A DNA stretch of 41,402 nt from the NCBI GenBank assembly GCA_039679545.1, contig JBDKUT010000062.1, positions 1 through 41,402 of the forward strand. The letters are read 5' to 3'. Below the pieces are notes generated by a model. It did not search any database, was not told the origin of the DNA, and saw nothing but the letters and a program-made list of their open reading frames with translations. The position numbers and the translations under genes are program-made. This document shows, one piece after another, positions 18,280 to 26,658 of the stretch. Source of the stretch: Thermotogota bacterium (GTDB lineage: Bacteria > Bipolaricaulota > Bipolaricaulia > UBA7950 > UBA9294). Numbering within the stretch: the stretch's first letter is position 1; the number at the start of each line of letters is the position of its first letter.

Positions 18280-19920
18280 CTATCTGCCCATCGCCTCTTT
18301 TGCCTTCAGGTTGATCCGCCACATGTGCATGTTCTCGCTCGGACCAATGAAGACGATGGTCTCCTGCGGTCCGACGATGTACGCCTGGCGGGCGAACAGG
18401 GTCGGCTTCTGATACGGATAGAACGCGAGCGCGTGGGCCGCAATCAACGGCTGCACCTGCTCGTAGAGCGCAAGGCGCTTGGCGGCGTCAGGCTCCGCCC
18501 GCGTCGCATCCAGGATCCGGATGATCTCGGGGTCGTCAAAGAACCAGTGAGCCTCGAAGATCCATCCGAGCCCCTTCGGCGCAAACATCGCGTACGTGTA
18601 GTAGTCGTGCGTCGGCGCGGACTGCGGGCCGAACAGGAAGATCGTCATGTTCGGCGTCGTCTCGGGTGACGAGCACTCCGCGGAGTACTGCGGCCACGGG
18701 GGCCCGGTAACCTCGACCGTCACGCCGAGCTGCGCCATGTCGGCCTGCAGCTGAAGCCCGACCTCTTCCTCGAATCCCAATCCTCCGCAGAAGTGGAAGG
18801 CCACCTTGACGTTCTTCAGGTCCTTCGCGTACTTGGAGAGCGCCAGCTCCTGGCGCGCCCGCTCGAGATTCTGCTTGCGCGGCTGCGGATCGATGGGCAC
18901 GTATCCTGGCATGTTCGGCAGCAGGATTCCGGTCTCACCGTTTCCGAACGCCATCCACGGGCCGACGATGCTCTCGTAGTCAAACGCGTACAGGATCGCC
19001 TTGCGGAAGTGCTCGTCGTCGGTCGGCGCCACCTTCGAGTTCATCCACACCGTCACGTTCTGCGCCCACACGCTCGAAAACGCGAGCGTGAGGTCCTTCT
19101 GGATCTCCTGAAGTTGCGGGAGAGTCCAGCCGCCGTTGATTTCGAGGTCGAGTCCGCCGCTCTTCAGAAGCGTCATGAGCGTCGTGTAGTCGGTCTCCAT
19201 GATGAAGACCAGCTTCTCAATCGGCACTTCGTCCGGGCCCCAACCCTCGTTCGACCAACCTTCAAAGTAGCCCGCGAAGCGCACCGCGTCGAGACGCTGC
19301 CCCGGGATGTGGCTTGTCATCTGATACGGGCCGGTCCCGGCGTCGTGCGTCGTCAGCCAGTCCTCGCCGTAGTCCCCGAACTCGCCGTAGTTCCCGGCTT
19401 TCTTGTTCGCAAGCACGACGGCCTTCTCCACCGGGAAGAACAGCACGAGAACCTCGGGGAAGATGGCGCTCGGTTTGTCGAGCACGAAGTCGACGGTGTA
19501 GCGATCCACCGCGACCGCATTGACCTTTCCCAACGGCCCCGAGTTGCCGCGCCCCATGGCGATGAACCGCGCCATGGAGAATGCAACGTCCTCGGCGGTC
19601 ATCTCGTTGCCGGAGTGGAACTTCACTCCCTGTCGAAGCACGAATCGCCAGTGGGTGAAGTCTCCCCCGACCGGCTCCCAGCTCGTCGCCAGGTGAGCCC
19701 GAACTCCGCCCTCCGGAGCGGGGTAGACGAGCGGGCTGTACAGGTTGTACATCGTCTCCGTGTCATACCAGTCCGACGCGGTGGCCGGGTCCGCCGTGAT
19801 CACGGGGTACCCGTTGATGACGGCCACGTTGTCCGTGGCACCCAATCCGATGAAGCCCATCAGGCCGACGACAAGCGCGGAGAGCGCCGCCGCCACACCT
19901 AGAAGCCTCGGAATTCTCAC
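18280..19920 (-). CDS. Family 5 extracellular solute-binding protein (OppA/DppA-like)
   Basis: Sec signal without a lipobox, LATSWE, LRQGVKFHSG..TAEDVAFS, GTGPY and RKAILYAFD. RBS GAGGTG before GTG. Confidence 0.93.
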   Translation of the reverse strand: MRIPRLLGVAAALSALVVGLMGFIGLGATDNVAVINGYPVITADPATASDWYDTETMYNLYSPLVYPAPEGGVRAHLATSWEPVGGDFTHWRFVLRQGVKFHSGNEMTAEDVAFSMARFIAMGRGNSGPLGKVNAVAVDRYTVDFVLDKPSAIFPEVLVLFFPVEKAVVLANKKAGNYGEFGDYGEDWLTTHDAGTGPYQMTSHIPGQRLDAVRFAGYFEGWSNEGWGPDEVPIEKLVFIMETDYTTLMTLLKSGGLDLEINGGWTLPQLQEIQKDLTLAFSSVWAQNVTVWMNSKVAPTDDEHFRKAILYAFDYESIVGPWMAFGNGETGILLPNMPGYVPIDPQPRKQNLERARQELALSKYAKDLKNVKVAFHFCGGLGFEEEVGLQLQADMAQLGVTVEVTGPPWPQYSAECSSPETTPNMTIFLFGPQSAPTHDYYTYAMFAPKGLGWIFEAHWFFDDPEIIRILDATRAEPDAAKRLALYEQVQPLIAAHALAFYPYQKPTLFARQAYIVGPQETIVFIGPSENMHMWRINLKAKEAMGR

Positions 19921-20045
19921 GCTGCATCACCTCTTTCCGCTTCCTTCAGCCACGCACATGCCTCCCTCCAGGTTCTCGACTGCTCTTCGTTCCACCTCCT
20001 CTTTTGATCTATCTTCGTGACCGCGGCGGCAGACGCCGCGCCTCT

Positions 20046-21158
20046 TCAATCCACAATCAAGAGCTCGTGAGTCACGGTCGTCATCGGCATGCCGCTCGAC
20101 TCCGAAACCACGACGATGTCCTCGATGCGGACCCCGAAGCGCTCCGGAAAGTACACACCGGGTTCCACGGAGAAAGCCATCCCGGGCTCGAGCGGGATCT
20201 TGTTTCCCGCGACGATGTACGGGGGCTCGTGGATGTCGAGGCCGATGCCGTGTCCCGTGCGGTGGATGAAGCGATCGCCGAACCCTCGTGCGGTCAGGAA
20301 GTCCCGAGCCACACGGTCGATTTCCTCGGCCGGTACCCCCGGTCGCACGGCGTCTACGGCCCGCTGCTGCGCCTCGCGAACCGCGTCGAAGGCCGTTCGA
20401 ACCTCGCGCGATGGATCGCCGCACACGACGGTCCGGCTAATGTCCGAGCGATAACCGCCCGTGCGGCACCCGTAGTCGAGGATGACCGCGTCGCCGCGCG
20501 CAATCCGGCGGTTTCCCGCCCGGTAGTGAGGCAGCGCCGACGCCGGCCCCGAAGCGACCAGCGGGTTGAACGCTGTGTTGTCGGCTCCGGCGCTCCGCAT
20601 GGCGTCCACCAGGACCGCGGCGATCTCGAGCTCCGTGCGCCCGATGAACGGCGTCTCGACGACCCGCCGAAAGGCCTCGTCGGCGATCGAGCCGGCTCGA
20701 CGTAGGAGCTCCACTTCCTGGACGTCCTTTCGCATGCGGAGCTTCGCGAGAACCGGTGTCGCACTTGAGAACGCGCGCTTGGGCAGCGCCTCCTGGCACG
20801 CGAGGAGGAACTCCGACCAAAGGGACTCCTCAACCAAAACCGTTCCCGGTGGCCTCGCCACGTCCTTGACCGCCGCCGCAAGAGCGTCGTGCGGGCCCTC
20901 GTGATCGGCCCACACGAAGTGCTTCGCGAACCCGGTGTCGACCCGCACTTGCTCCGCGTAGAGCTCAGGAACCACGAAGGCCGGCTCGCCCTCCCGCGGA
21001 ACCAGAACCACCAAGAGGCGTTCGCCCGGGTCGTCGGTAAACCCCGTCAGGTAACGCATCGACGAGGACAGACCGACGATCAAGAGACCCGCGAAACTCC
21101 TCCCCAACTCACGCTGCACGGCGGATAACCGCTCGCCGTACGGCTTTACGCTCGTCAT
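20046..21158 (-). CDS. M24 family Xaa-Pro dipeptidase (prolidase-like)
   Basis: MRYLTGF, LRMRKD, ALPHY, ILDYG, YRSD, HRTGHGIGLDIHE, SVEPG, GVRIED. Confidence 0.93.
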   Translation of the reverse strand: MTSVKPYGERLSAVQRELGRSFAGLLIVGLSSSMRYLTGFTDDPGERLLVVLVPREGEPAFVVPELYAEQVRVDTGFAKHFVWADHEGPHDALAAAVKDVARPPGTVLVEESLWSEFLLACQEALPKRAFSSATPVLAKLRMRKDVQEVELLRRAGSIADEAFRRVVETPFIGRTELEIAAVLVDAMRSAGADNTAFNPLVASGPASALPHYRAGNRRIARGDAVILDYGCRTGGYRSDISRTVVCGDPSREVRTAFDAVREAQQRAVDAVRPGVPAEEIDRVARDFLTARGFGDRFIHRTGHGIGLDIHEPPYIVAGNKIPLEPGMAFSVEPGVYFPERFGVRIEDIVVVSESSGMPMTTVTHELLIVD

Positions 21159-21643
21159 TTCGTTGACTTACCTCCTCGGTCCGCCTGACGCGGAGCGTCA
21201 CTCGCTGGAATCCGCGTCAGACGAATCGTCTCGATGCCGTGTTGCCAGATCCGAACGCCGATCTCGGCGATCTTCGGCCACTGGTCCTGCGAGACGCGCG
21301 CGAAGACATTGACCGACAGGAACCCGTGATGGTCGCGGACGACCTCGGCGCCGTAGTATACGGAGAGCGCCTCGTTCGCCTCTTCACCCTTCTCCCACTC
21401 GCGCCAGTAGATCATGTCCCCGATGTTCACCGTCGACGTGTCGTTCTCGCGCGGGGGGCCGGAACGGCCGAGCGCCACCGGAAAGTAGACCTCGCGCCCG
21501 CACCACCGCGTGTGGTACGCCGTCGTTTCGAGCGGAAGTGCGGCAAGCACCGCGGAGACCGTCCGGGGAGCGAGCTCGGAGAGAACGTCAGCAATGAGCA
21601 CGCCGCCGCGCTCGAACTCGAGCCGAATGCACTCGCCCGTCAC
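21155..21643 (-). CDS. Cyclophilin-like fold protein (DUF3830/DUF369-like)
   Basis: APRTV..VLAALPL....HTRWCGREVYF...PREN.T....GD..YW pattern recalled from this family. Translationally coupled on both sides. Confidence 0.7.
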   Translation of the reverse strand: MTGECIRLEFERGGVLIADVLSELAPRTVSAVLAALPLETTAYHTRWCGREVYFPVALGRSGPPRENDTSTVNIGDMIYWREWEKGEEANEALSVYYGAEVVRDHHGFLSVNVFARVSQDQWPKIAEIGVRIWQHGIETIRLTRIPASDAPRQADRGGKSTK

Positions 21644-23400
21644 CGCTTGTCACCCACCTTGCCAAGCTTCTTGCGCAGGGTCGTCGTGGCGGTTCGATCG
21701 ACGGCGAGTGTGCCTGGGTCCAAGGACACTCCGTAGTCGGAGCGCGCCGCTTCGAGGGACACGTAGCCGTTGGCCACATCGTCGGCGACTGCGGCCGGGT
21801 CGCGGTCAAGCGGATTCCCATACCCGCCGCCGCCGCCGCCCTGGAAGCTGACGACCTCGCCCTTCGCGAGCGGGAGGTTGGAGATCTTCCTCCACCGCTC
21901 CTCTCGCCCGTCGCGGCGATGGACGACCGTGATGTTCGTCTTTCCCGGCTTCCCGCCGAAGACGCCCCACGGAGGCGTGTACAGCACGCGATCGGCGGTG
22001 ACCGTCAGCCCGGCGTCGGAGCCTAGGCGATACTCGCGATGGACCCCGAGCCCGCCGCGGAACTTGCCCGCTCCGCCGGAATCCTTGATCAGCTCGAACC
22101 GCTCAACCTGCCACGGATAGCGGATCTCGACGACCTCGGCCGGGACGTTGTAGGTGTCGCCGAGCGTCATCGAGAACAGCGCCGCCTCTCCGTCCTCGTT
22201 CGGTTTTCCGCCGTATCCGCCGGCGTCCGCCTCCGCACAGACGTAGTACTTCTTCGACTTCGGGTCGGTGCCGTAGATGAAGTTGGCCATCGAATCCCCG
22301 AAATGCCCTCCGCGGACCTGGTCCGGGATCGCGGGAGCGAGGGCTTTGAGGAACAGGTCGGGGATCGTCGACGACGGCGTTGGCCACATCGCGCACGCCG
22401 CCGGGAACTTCGGCTTCAGGAAGCTTCCGTCCGGAATCACGATCCGCAGGGCGCGGAAGAACCCCTCATTGCTCGGAAGGTGAGGACTGGTCACGATCTT
22501 GAACGCGTAGCGGGTCGCCGAGATCGTCGACGGCTCGGGCGTATTCATCGGACCGCGGCTCTGCGGACCCGTCCCGGTGAAGTCGGCGATCATCTCGTCG
22601 TCGTCCACCGTGATCGTGAGCTTCAAGAGGAGCTTCTCGTCAAGCGGAGCATCGTCGTTCCCGTCGCCGTCGAGGACGGCCTCCGCGGCGTACACTCCGT
22701 TCGGGATGCGCCGCACAGCGGCGCGGGCGAGCCGCTCGCCCTGGGCCAGGATCTCGGCGAGGGCCCCCGTCGTGGTCTTCACGCCGAAGCGGTCGATCAC
22801 CTCGGAGAAGCGCTGGCTTCCCTTGCGCACCGCGGCCACCATGGCTCGAATGTCGCCGAGCACGGCGTCGGGTACCCGCGTGTTCGCGCGGATCAGGCGG
22901 AAGACGTCGTCGTTGTTCTTCCCTTCAATCAGCAGTTTGACGGGGGGAAGGCGGAAGCCCTCCTGGAAAACCTCGACGGTGTCGCTGTACCACCCGCCCG
23001 GGTAGATGCCCCCCATGTCGACGGTGTGGCCTCGGAATGCCGCCCACCCGAGGATCTCCCCGTCGTGGAACGCAGGACAGAGTGCGACCAGATCGGGGCA
23101 GTGCGTGCCCCCGCCGCTGTACGGGTCGTTGCACAGGATGACGTCTCCGGGGTGCAGGTTGGCGCGGCCGATCGTCTCGTAGGTCGACTGTACGGCGTAA
23201 CCCAAGTTCGCGAGGAAGATGGGGAGTCCCGGCGTCTCGGCGATCAGGTTCGCGTCGCCGTCGAGGATTCCGCAGCTGAAGTCGACGACCTCGTAAAGGA
23301 TCGGGGAGTACGCGGCGTGTTCGACGGTTCGCCGGATGTCGCGGCTCGCCGCGATCAGCCGGTTACGAACGACCTCCAGGGTGATCGGATCGATCTTCAT
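21640..23400 (-). CDS. Hydantoinase B/oxoprolinase family protein (copy 1)
   Basis: IDPITLEVVRNRL, SPILYEVVDFS, NDPYSGGGTHCPD, GHTVDMGG, FQEG, GAGKFRGGLG, GGGGYGNP. Confidence 0.94.
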   Translation of the reverse strand: MKIDPITLEVVRNRLIAASRDIRRTVEHAAYSPILYEVVDFSCGILDGDANLIAETPGLPIFLANLGYAVQSTYETIGRANLHPGDVILCNDPYSGGGTHCPDLVALCPAFHDGEILGWAAFRGHTVDMGGIYPGGWYSDTVEVFQEGFRLPPVKLLIEGKNNDDVFRLIRANTRVPDAVLGDIRAMVAAVRKGSQRFSEVIDRFGVKTTTGALAEILAQGERLARAAVRRIPNGVYAAEAVLDGDGNDDAPLDEKLLLKLTITVDDDEMIADFTGTGPQSRGPMNTPEPSTISATRYAFKIVTSPHLPSNEGFFRALRIVIPDGSFLKPKFPAACAMWPTPSSTIPDLFLKALAPAIPDQVRGGHFGDSMANFIYGTDPKSKKYYVCAEADAGGYGGKPNEDGEAALFSMTLGDTYNVPAEVVEIRYPWQVERFELIKDSGGAGKFRGGLGVHREYRLGSDAGLTVTADRVLYTPPWGVFGGKPGKTNITVVHRRDGREERWRKISNLPLAKGEVVSFQGGGGGGYGNPLDRDPAAVADDVANGYVSLEAARSDYGVSLDPGTLAVDRTATTTLRKKLGKVGDKR

Positions 23401-25442
23401 CGCTCCTCCTCGTGCACCGAGATGATCAAGGTTCCGTACTCATCGACGCGGCAGCTTTGCTTCGCTTCGACCACCGCGGTTGCCGTGACTTCTTCGATCA
23501 GCGCTGGACCGTCGACGACGTTCCCGGCAAGCAGCCGCTCGCGGCGGTAGATCGCAAACGGCTGATGCCGGCCGCTTCCGATGTACACGGGGCGCTCCCC
23601 CATGCGGGCATCGGCGGGCGGCGTCTTCGAGCCTTTCTGAATCTTCTCCAGTACCGGCTTGTTGACACTCCCGATCCCGATCACCTTGAGCGAGACGATC
23701 TCCTTCTCCTCCTCGGGGGCGTTGTGGCCGTACACTCGGAGGTGCGTCTCGTCGAACGCCGCGGCCAGGCCGGGCTTCGCCGTCTCGGTGACGGGGTACG
23801 TGGCCCCAACGGCGAGCGTGTGTTCCTGGCCGACGTAGCGCAGATCGAGTTGATACGACATCGCGATCTGCTTCTTGTCGACGTTCTCCTTCCGGAACAC
23901 CTCACGAATCTTCTCCTCGAGCGAAGCGAGGGTGGCGTTGAGCTCCCCGATGTCGGCCGAGCGCAATGGAGCGATGTAGGTCTGGCCAAGGTCGTGGCGC
24001 AGGTCAGCCATGAGCATGCCCCACGCGGAAAAGACGCCGGAGTAGGGCGGGACGATCACGGTTGGGATGTGCAGATCTTTGGCGATCGCGGCGGCGTGGA
24101 TCGGGCCTGCTCCGCCGAACGCGACCATCGCGAACTCCCGCGGGTCGTAGCCTCGCTTCACGGTCATCGACTGGAGAAGGCCGGACATGTTCGTGTTGAC
24201 GATCTTGACGATTCCGAGCGCCGCCTCGTCGACGGAGAGCTCGAAGTGATCGGCGACCTTCTTGATCGCGTCATGCGCGTGGGCCTTCGAGATTTTCATC
24301 TCCCCGCCGAGGAAGTAGTCGGGATCCAGAATCCCGAGCTGCAGGTTGGCATCCGTGACCGTCGGCTCGGTGCCTCCTCGCAGGTAACACGCCGGTCCCG
24401 GCGCGGCGCCCGCACTCTGCGGGCCGACGTGCATGGCGCCCGCTTCGTCGATCCAGGCGATCGACCCTCCTCCCGCTCCGATCTCGCGCAGGTCCACGAC
24501 GGGGAGCAGGATCGGCCGTCCCTCCACGACGTACTGCTCGGCCGTCTCGGGAAGCCCTCCGGTGATGATGGACGTCTTCGCCGTGGTCCCGCCCATGTCG
24601 TACGAGATCACGTTGGCGAACCCGGCGAACTTCGCAAGCTGGGCGGCCCCGATAGCCCCGCCTGCCGGACCGGACTCGACCATGGCGATCGGCATGTCAC
24701 GGGCCACCGACGCCGCCATCACGCCGCCGTTCGACTGCATGATCTGAAGGATCTGGGTGAAGCCGCGCTTCCGAAGATCCTCCTCGAGCTGGTTCAGGTA
24801 CAGCCGAACGACCGGCATCACGTAGGCGTTCTGCGTGGCCGTGCTCGTTCGCTCGAACTCGTAGTAGCGCCGAGTGATCAGGTGGGACAGGGACACCGTG
24901 ACCCCGGGAAGCCGCCGGCCGAGGAACTCGCCGATTGCCGTCTCGTGCTCCGGGTTGGCGTAGGCGTTGAGCAGACACACGGCCACGGACTCCACCCTCT
25001 CTTGGACGAGGATGTCAATGAGGCTGTCCAGCTCCTCCTCGTGGAGCGGCACCACGACGCGGCCTTCCGCGTCGATTCGCTCGCGCACTTCGAGCCGAAG
25101 GCGTCGCGGCACGAGCGGGCGAGGCTTGGCGTAGAGCGCGTCGTACATCTCCGTCCGGTTCGAGCGGCCGATCTCAAGGACATCGCGGAAGCCTTGGGTA
25201 GTGATGAGCGCCGTCTTCGCGCCCTTCCCTTCGATCAGGGCGTTGATGACGACCGTCGTGCCGTGCGACAGGAACGAGGCGTCCCGCAGAGGAACGTTCC
25301 ACTTCTCGATGCACTCGATGGTTCCGATCGCGGGATTGTGGGGCGTGGAAGAGACCTTGCTGAGCCTGACCTTCCCCGTCTTCTCGTCGAGGAGTACACC
25401 GTCGGTGAACGTCCCCCCCACGTCCGTGCTGAGCCTATACAT
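23397..25442 (-). CDS. Hydantoinase A/oxoprolinase family protein (copy 1), ATP-binding subunit
   Basis: DVGGTFTD, HGTT, EFERTST, ESGPAGG, DMGGTT, GAGGGS, PGPACY, TVTDANL, FGGAGP. Confidence 0.94.
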   Translation of the reverse strand: MYRLSTDVGGTFTDGVLLDEKTGKVRLSKVSSTPHNPAIGTIECIEKWNVPLRDASFLSHGTTVVINALIEGKGAKTALITTQGFRDVLEIGRSNRTEMYDALYAKPRPLVPRRLRLEVRERIDAEGRVVVPLHEEELDSLIDILVQERVESVAVCLLNAYANPEHETAIGEFLGRRLPGVTVSLSHLITRRYYEFERTSTATQNAYVMPVVRLYLNQLEEDLRKRGFTQILQIMQSNGGVMAASVARDMPIAMVESGPAGGAIGAAQLAKFAGFANVISYDMGGTTAKTSIITGGLPETAEQYVVEGRPILLPVVDLREIGAGGGSIAWIDEAGAMHVGPQSAGAAPGPACYLRGGTEPTVTDANLQLGILDPDYFLGGEMKISKAHAHDAIKKVADHFELSVDEAALGIVKIVNTNMSGLLQSMTVKRGYDPREFAMVAFGGAGPIHAAAIAKDLHIPTVIVPPYSGVFSAWGMLMADLRHDLGQTYIAPLRSADIGELNATLASLEEKIREVFRKENVDKKQIAMSYQLDLRYVGQEHTLAVGATYPVTETAKPGLAAAFDETHLRVYGHNAPEEEKEIVSLKVIGIGSVNKPVLEKIQKGSKTPPADARMGERPVYIGSGRHQPFAIYRRERLLAGNVVDGPALIEEVTATAVVEAKQSCRVDEYGTLIISVHEEER

Positions 25443-26511
25443 TGCTTCCTCCTGATGGTCGAGGTTTCGGATGACCGACCCCGGTCGTTCCCTGCAGAGA
25501 GTTCTCCGTAGCCGCCTGCCACACCCGCTCCGTTTCGATCGACCCGGGAGCCGATCGAGCCAGAAGCAGCTTGGCTCCGCCGTTCTGCGTCGTTGCGCAA
25601 CCTCGGTGACTGAAAGCCGGGAGGTGGTAGCAGTCGCCGGATCTGAGGGCGTAGTCCTCTTCTCCGATTGTCAGTTGAATGCGCCCCTCAAGGACGAATC
25701 CGAACTCCTCCCCTTCATACGCTCCCGGCTCCTGTGAAAAGCCAGATGGGATCTCCGCCACGAGCACTTCCAGCGAGCCCGCGGGGAGCGCGCCGCTCAA
25801 GAAGCGGTACGTAACCGTGTTGTCTGAAAGCTTCACGTGATCCGCGCCGTCGTCGCTTCCCAAGAGGGGAACCCGCTTTTCCTGGGCTCCCGGAAGGTCC
25901 GGAAGTTCGGCGCCCAGAAGCGCGATCGCCTTGGCATACCGCGCCGTCTGCACCCACAGTACCTTCGCCCCGGACTCGGCCGCCGCACACCGGTGGGACG
26001 TCGCCGCAAGCAGGTGGTAGCTGTCCCCGATGCCCAGGTGGTGCTCCTCCTCACCTATCGTCAGGTCGATGGTCCCGTCGAGGATGTAGCCGAACTCTTC
26101 CCCCTCGTGGACGTGCGACTCGTGGGAACTCCCTTGCGCCATCTCGCCAATCAGCACTTCGAAGCGACGCCCGGGGAACTCGGCGCTGAGGAATCGGTAC
26201 TTGATCGACGTGTCCGACAAGCTGACGTACGAGCGGTTGTCTCCCTTCGTGATCGCCGAGGGACGCGGATCGGCGAGGAACGCCTTCCCGGGACCGTTCG
26301 ACATCACGAGCATGTCGGCCAACGCAACATCCAACGCTTCGCAGATAGCGCGGAGGGAAGGAATGGAGAACGACGACAACCCTCGCTCGATCTGGGAAAG
26401 GAAGCCGACCGAAAGACCGCATTGTTCCGAGAGCGAGCGCAGGGTCAACCCGCGTTGACGCCGTAGGTATCTGAGTTTGCGGCCAACCTCCTGGAGGCGT
26501 TCAGTCTCCAT
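25435..26511 (-). CDS. XRE-family HTH regulator with two tandem cupin domains
   Basis: HTH TLRSLSEQCGLSVGFLSQIERG, then two repeats of YRFLS...EGEEFG.(I/V)L.G...LTIGEE...GD.YHL. Confidence 0.88.
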   Translation of the reverse strand: METERLQEVGRKLRYLRRQRGLTLRSLSEQCGLSVGFLSQIERGLSSFSIPSLRAICEALDVALADMLVMSNGPGKAFLADPRPSAITKGDNRSYVSLSDTSIKYRFLSAEFPGRRFEVLIGEMAQGSSHESHVHEGEEFGYILDGTIDLTIGEEEHHLGIGDSYHLLAATSHRCAAAESGAKVLWVQTARYAKAIALLGAELPDLPGAQEKRVPLLGSDDGADHVKLSDNTVTYRFLSGALPAGSLEVLVAEIPSGFSQEPGAYEGEEFGFVLEGRIQLTIGEEDYALRSGDCYHLPAFSHRGCATTQNGGAKLLLARSAPGSIETERVWQAATENSLQGTTGVGHPKPRPSGGSNV

Positions 26512-26517
26512 GAAGCC

Positions 26518-26546
26518 ATTCTAGACAGAGTGTGAACGCCAGTCAA
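26518..26546 (-). promoter_or_regulatory. Sigma70-type promoter of the regulator/hydantoinase/Opp operon (leaderless)
   Basis: Minus strand TTGACT (26541-26546), 17-bp spacer, TAGAAT (26518-26523), 6 nt before the ATG at 26511. Confidence 0.7.
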
Positions 26547-26551
26547 GCGGT

Positions 26552-26568
26552 AGTGAACATCGTTCACT
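26552..26568. promoter_or_regulatory. Palindromic operator AGTGAAC-ATC-GTTCACT
   Basis: Perfect 7-3-7 inverted repeat just upstream of the -35. A related GTGAAC half-site lies at 26532-26537 in the spacer. Confidence 0.6.
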
Positions 26569-26658
26569 GAAAGTGATCCGCGTCACGACAAGCTCCACCT
26601 TCCCCTGACGACACCATAGTTCGGGACTGAGAAGAATTGGGGGACGGCGGCTCGGTAC

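Noticed and set aside
23412..25511. 699-aa plus-strand ORF (and similar 22039-23550, 7696-9018, 37405-38832, 29683-30954)
   Set aside because: Antisense shadows of well-supported genes. Long stop-free reverse frames are expected at this GC content.
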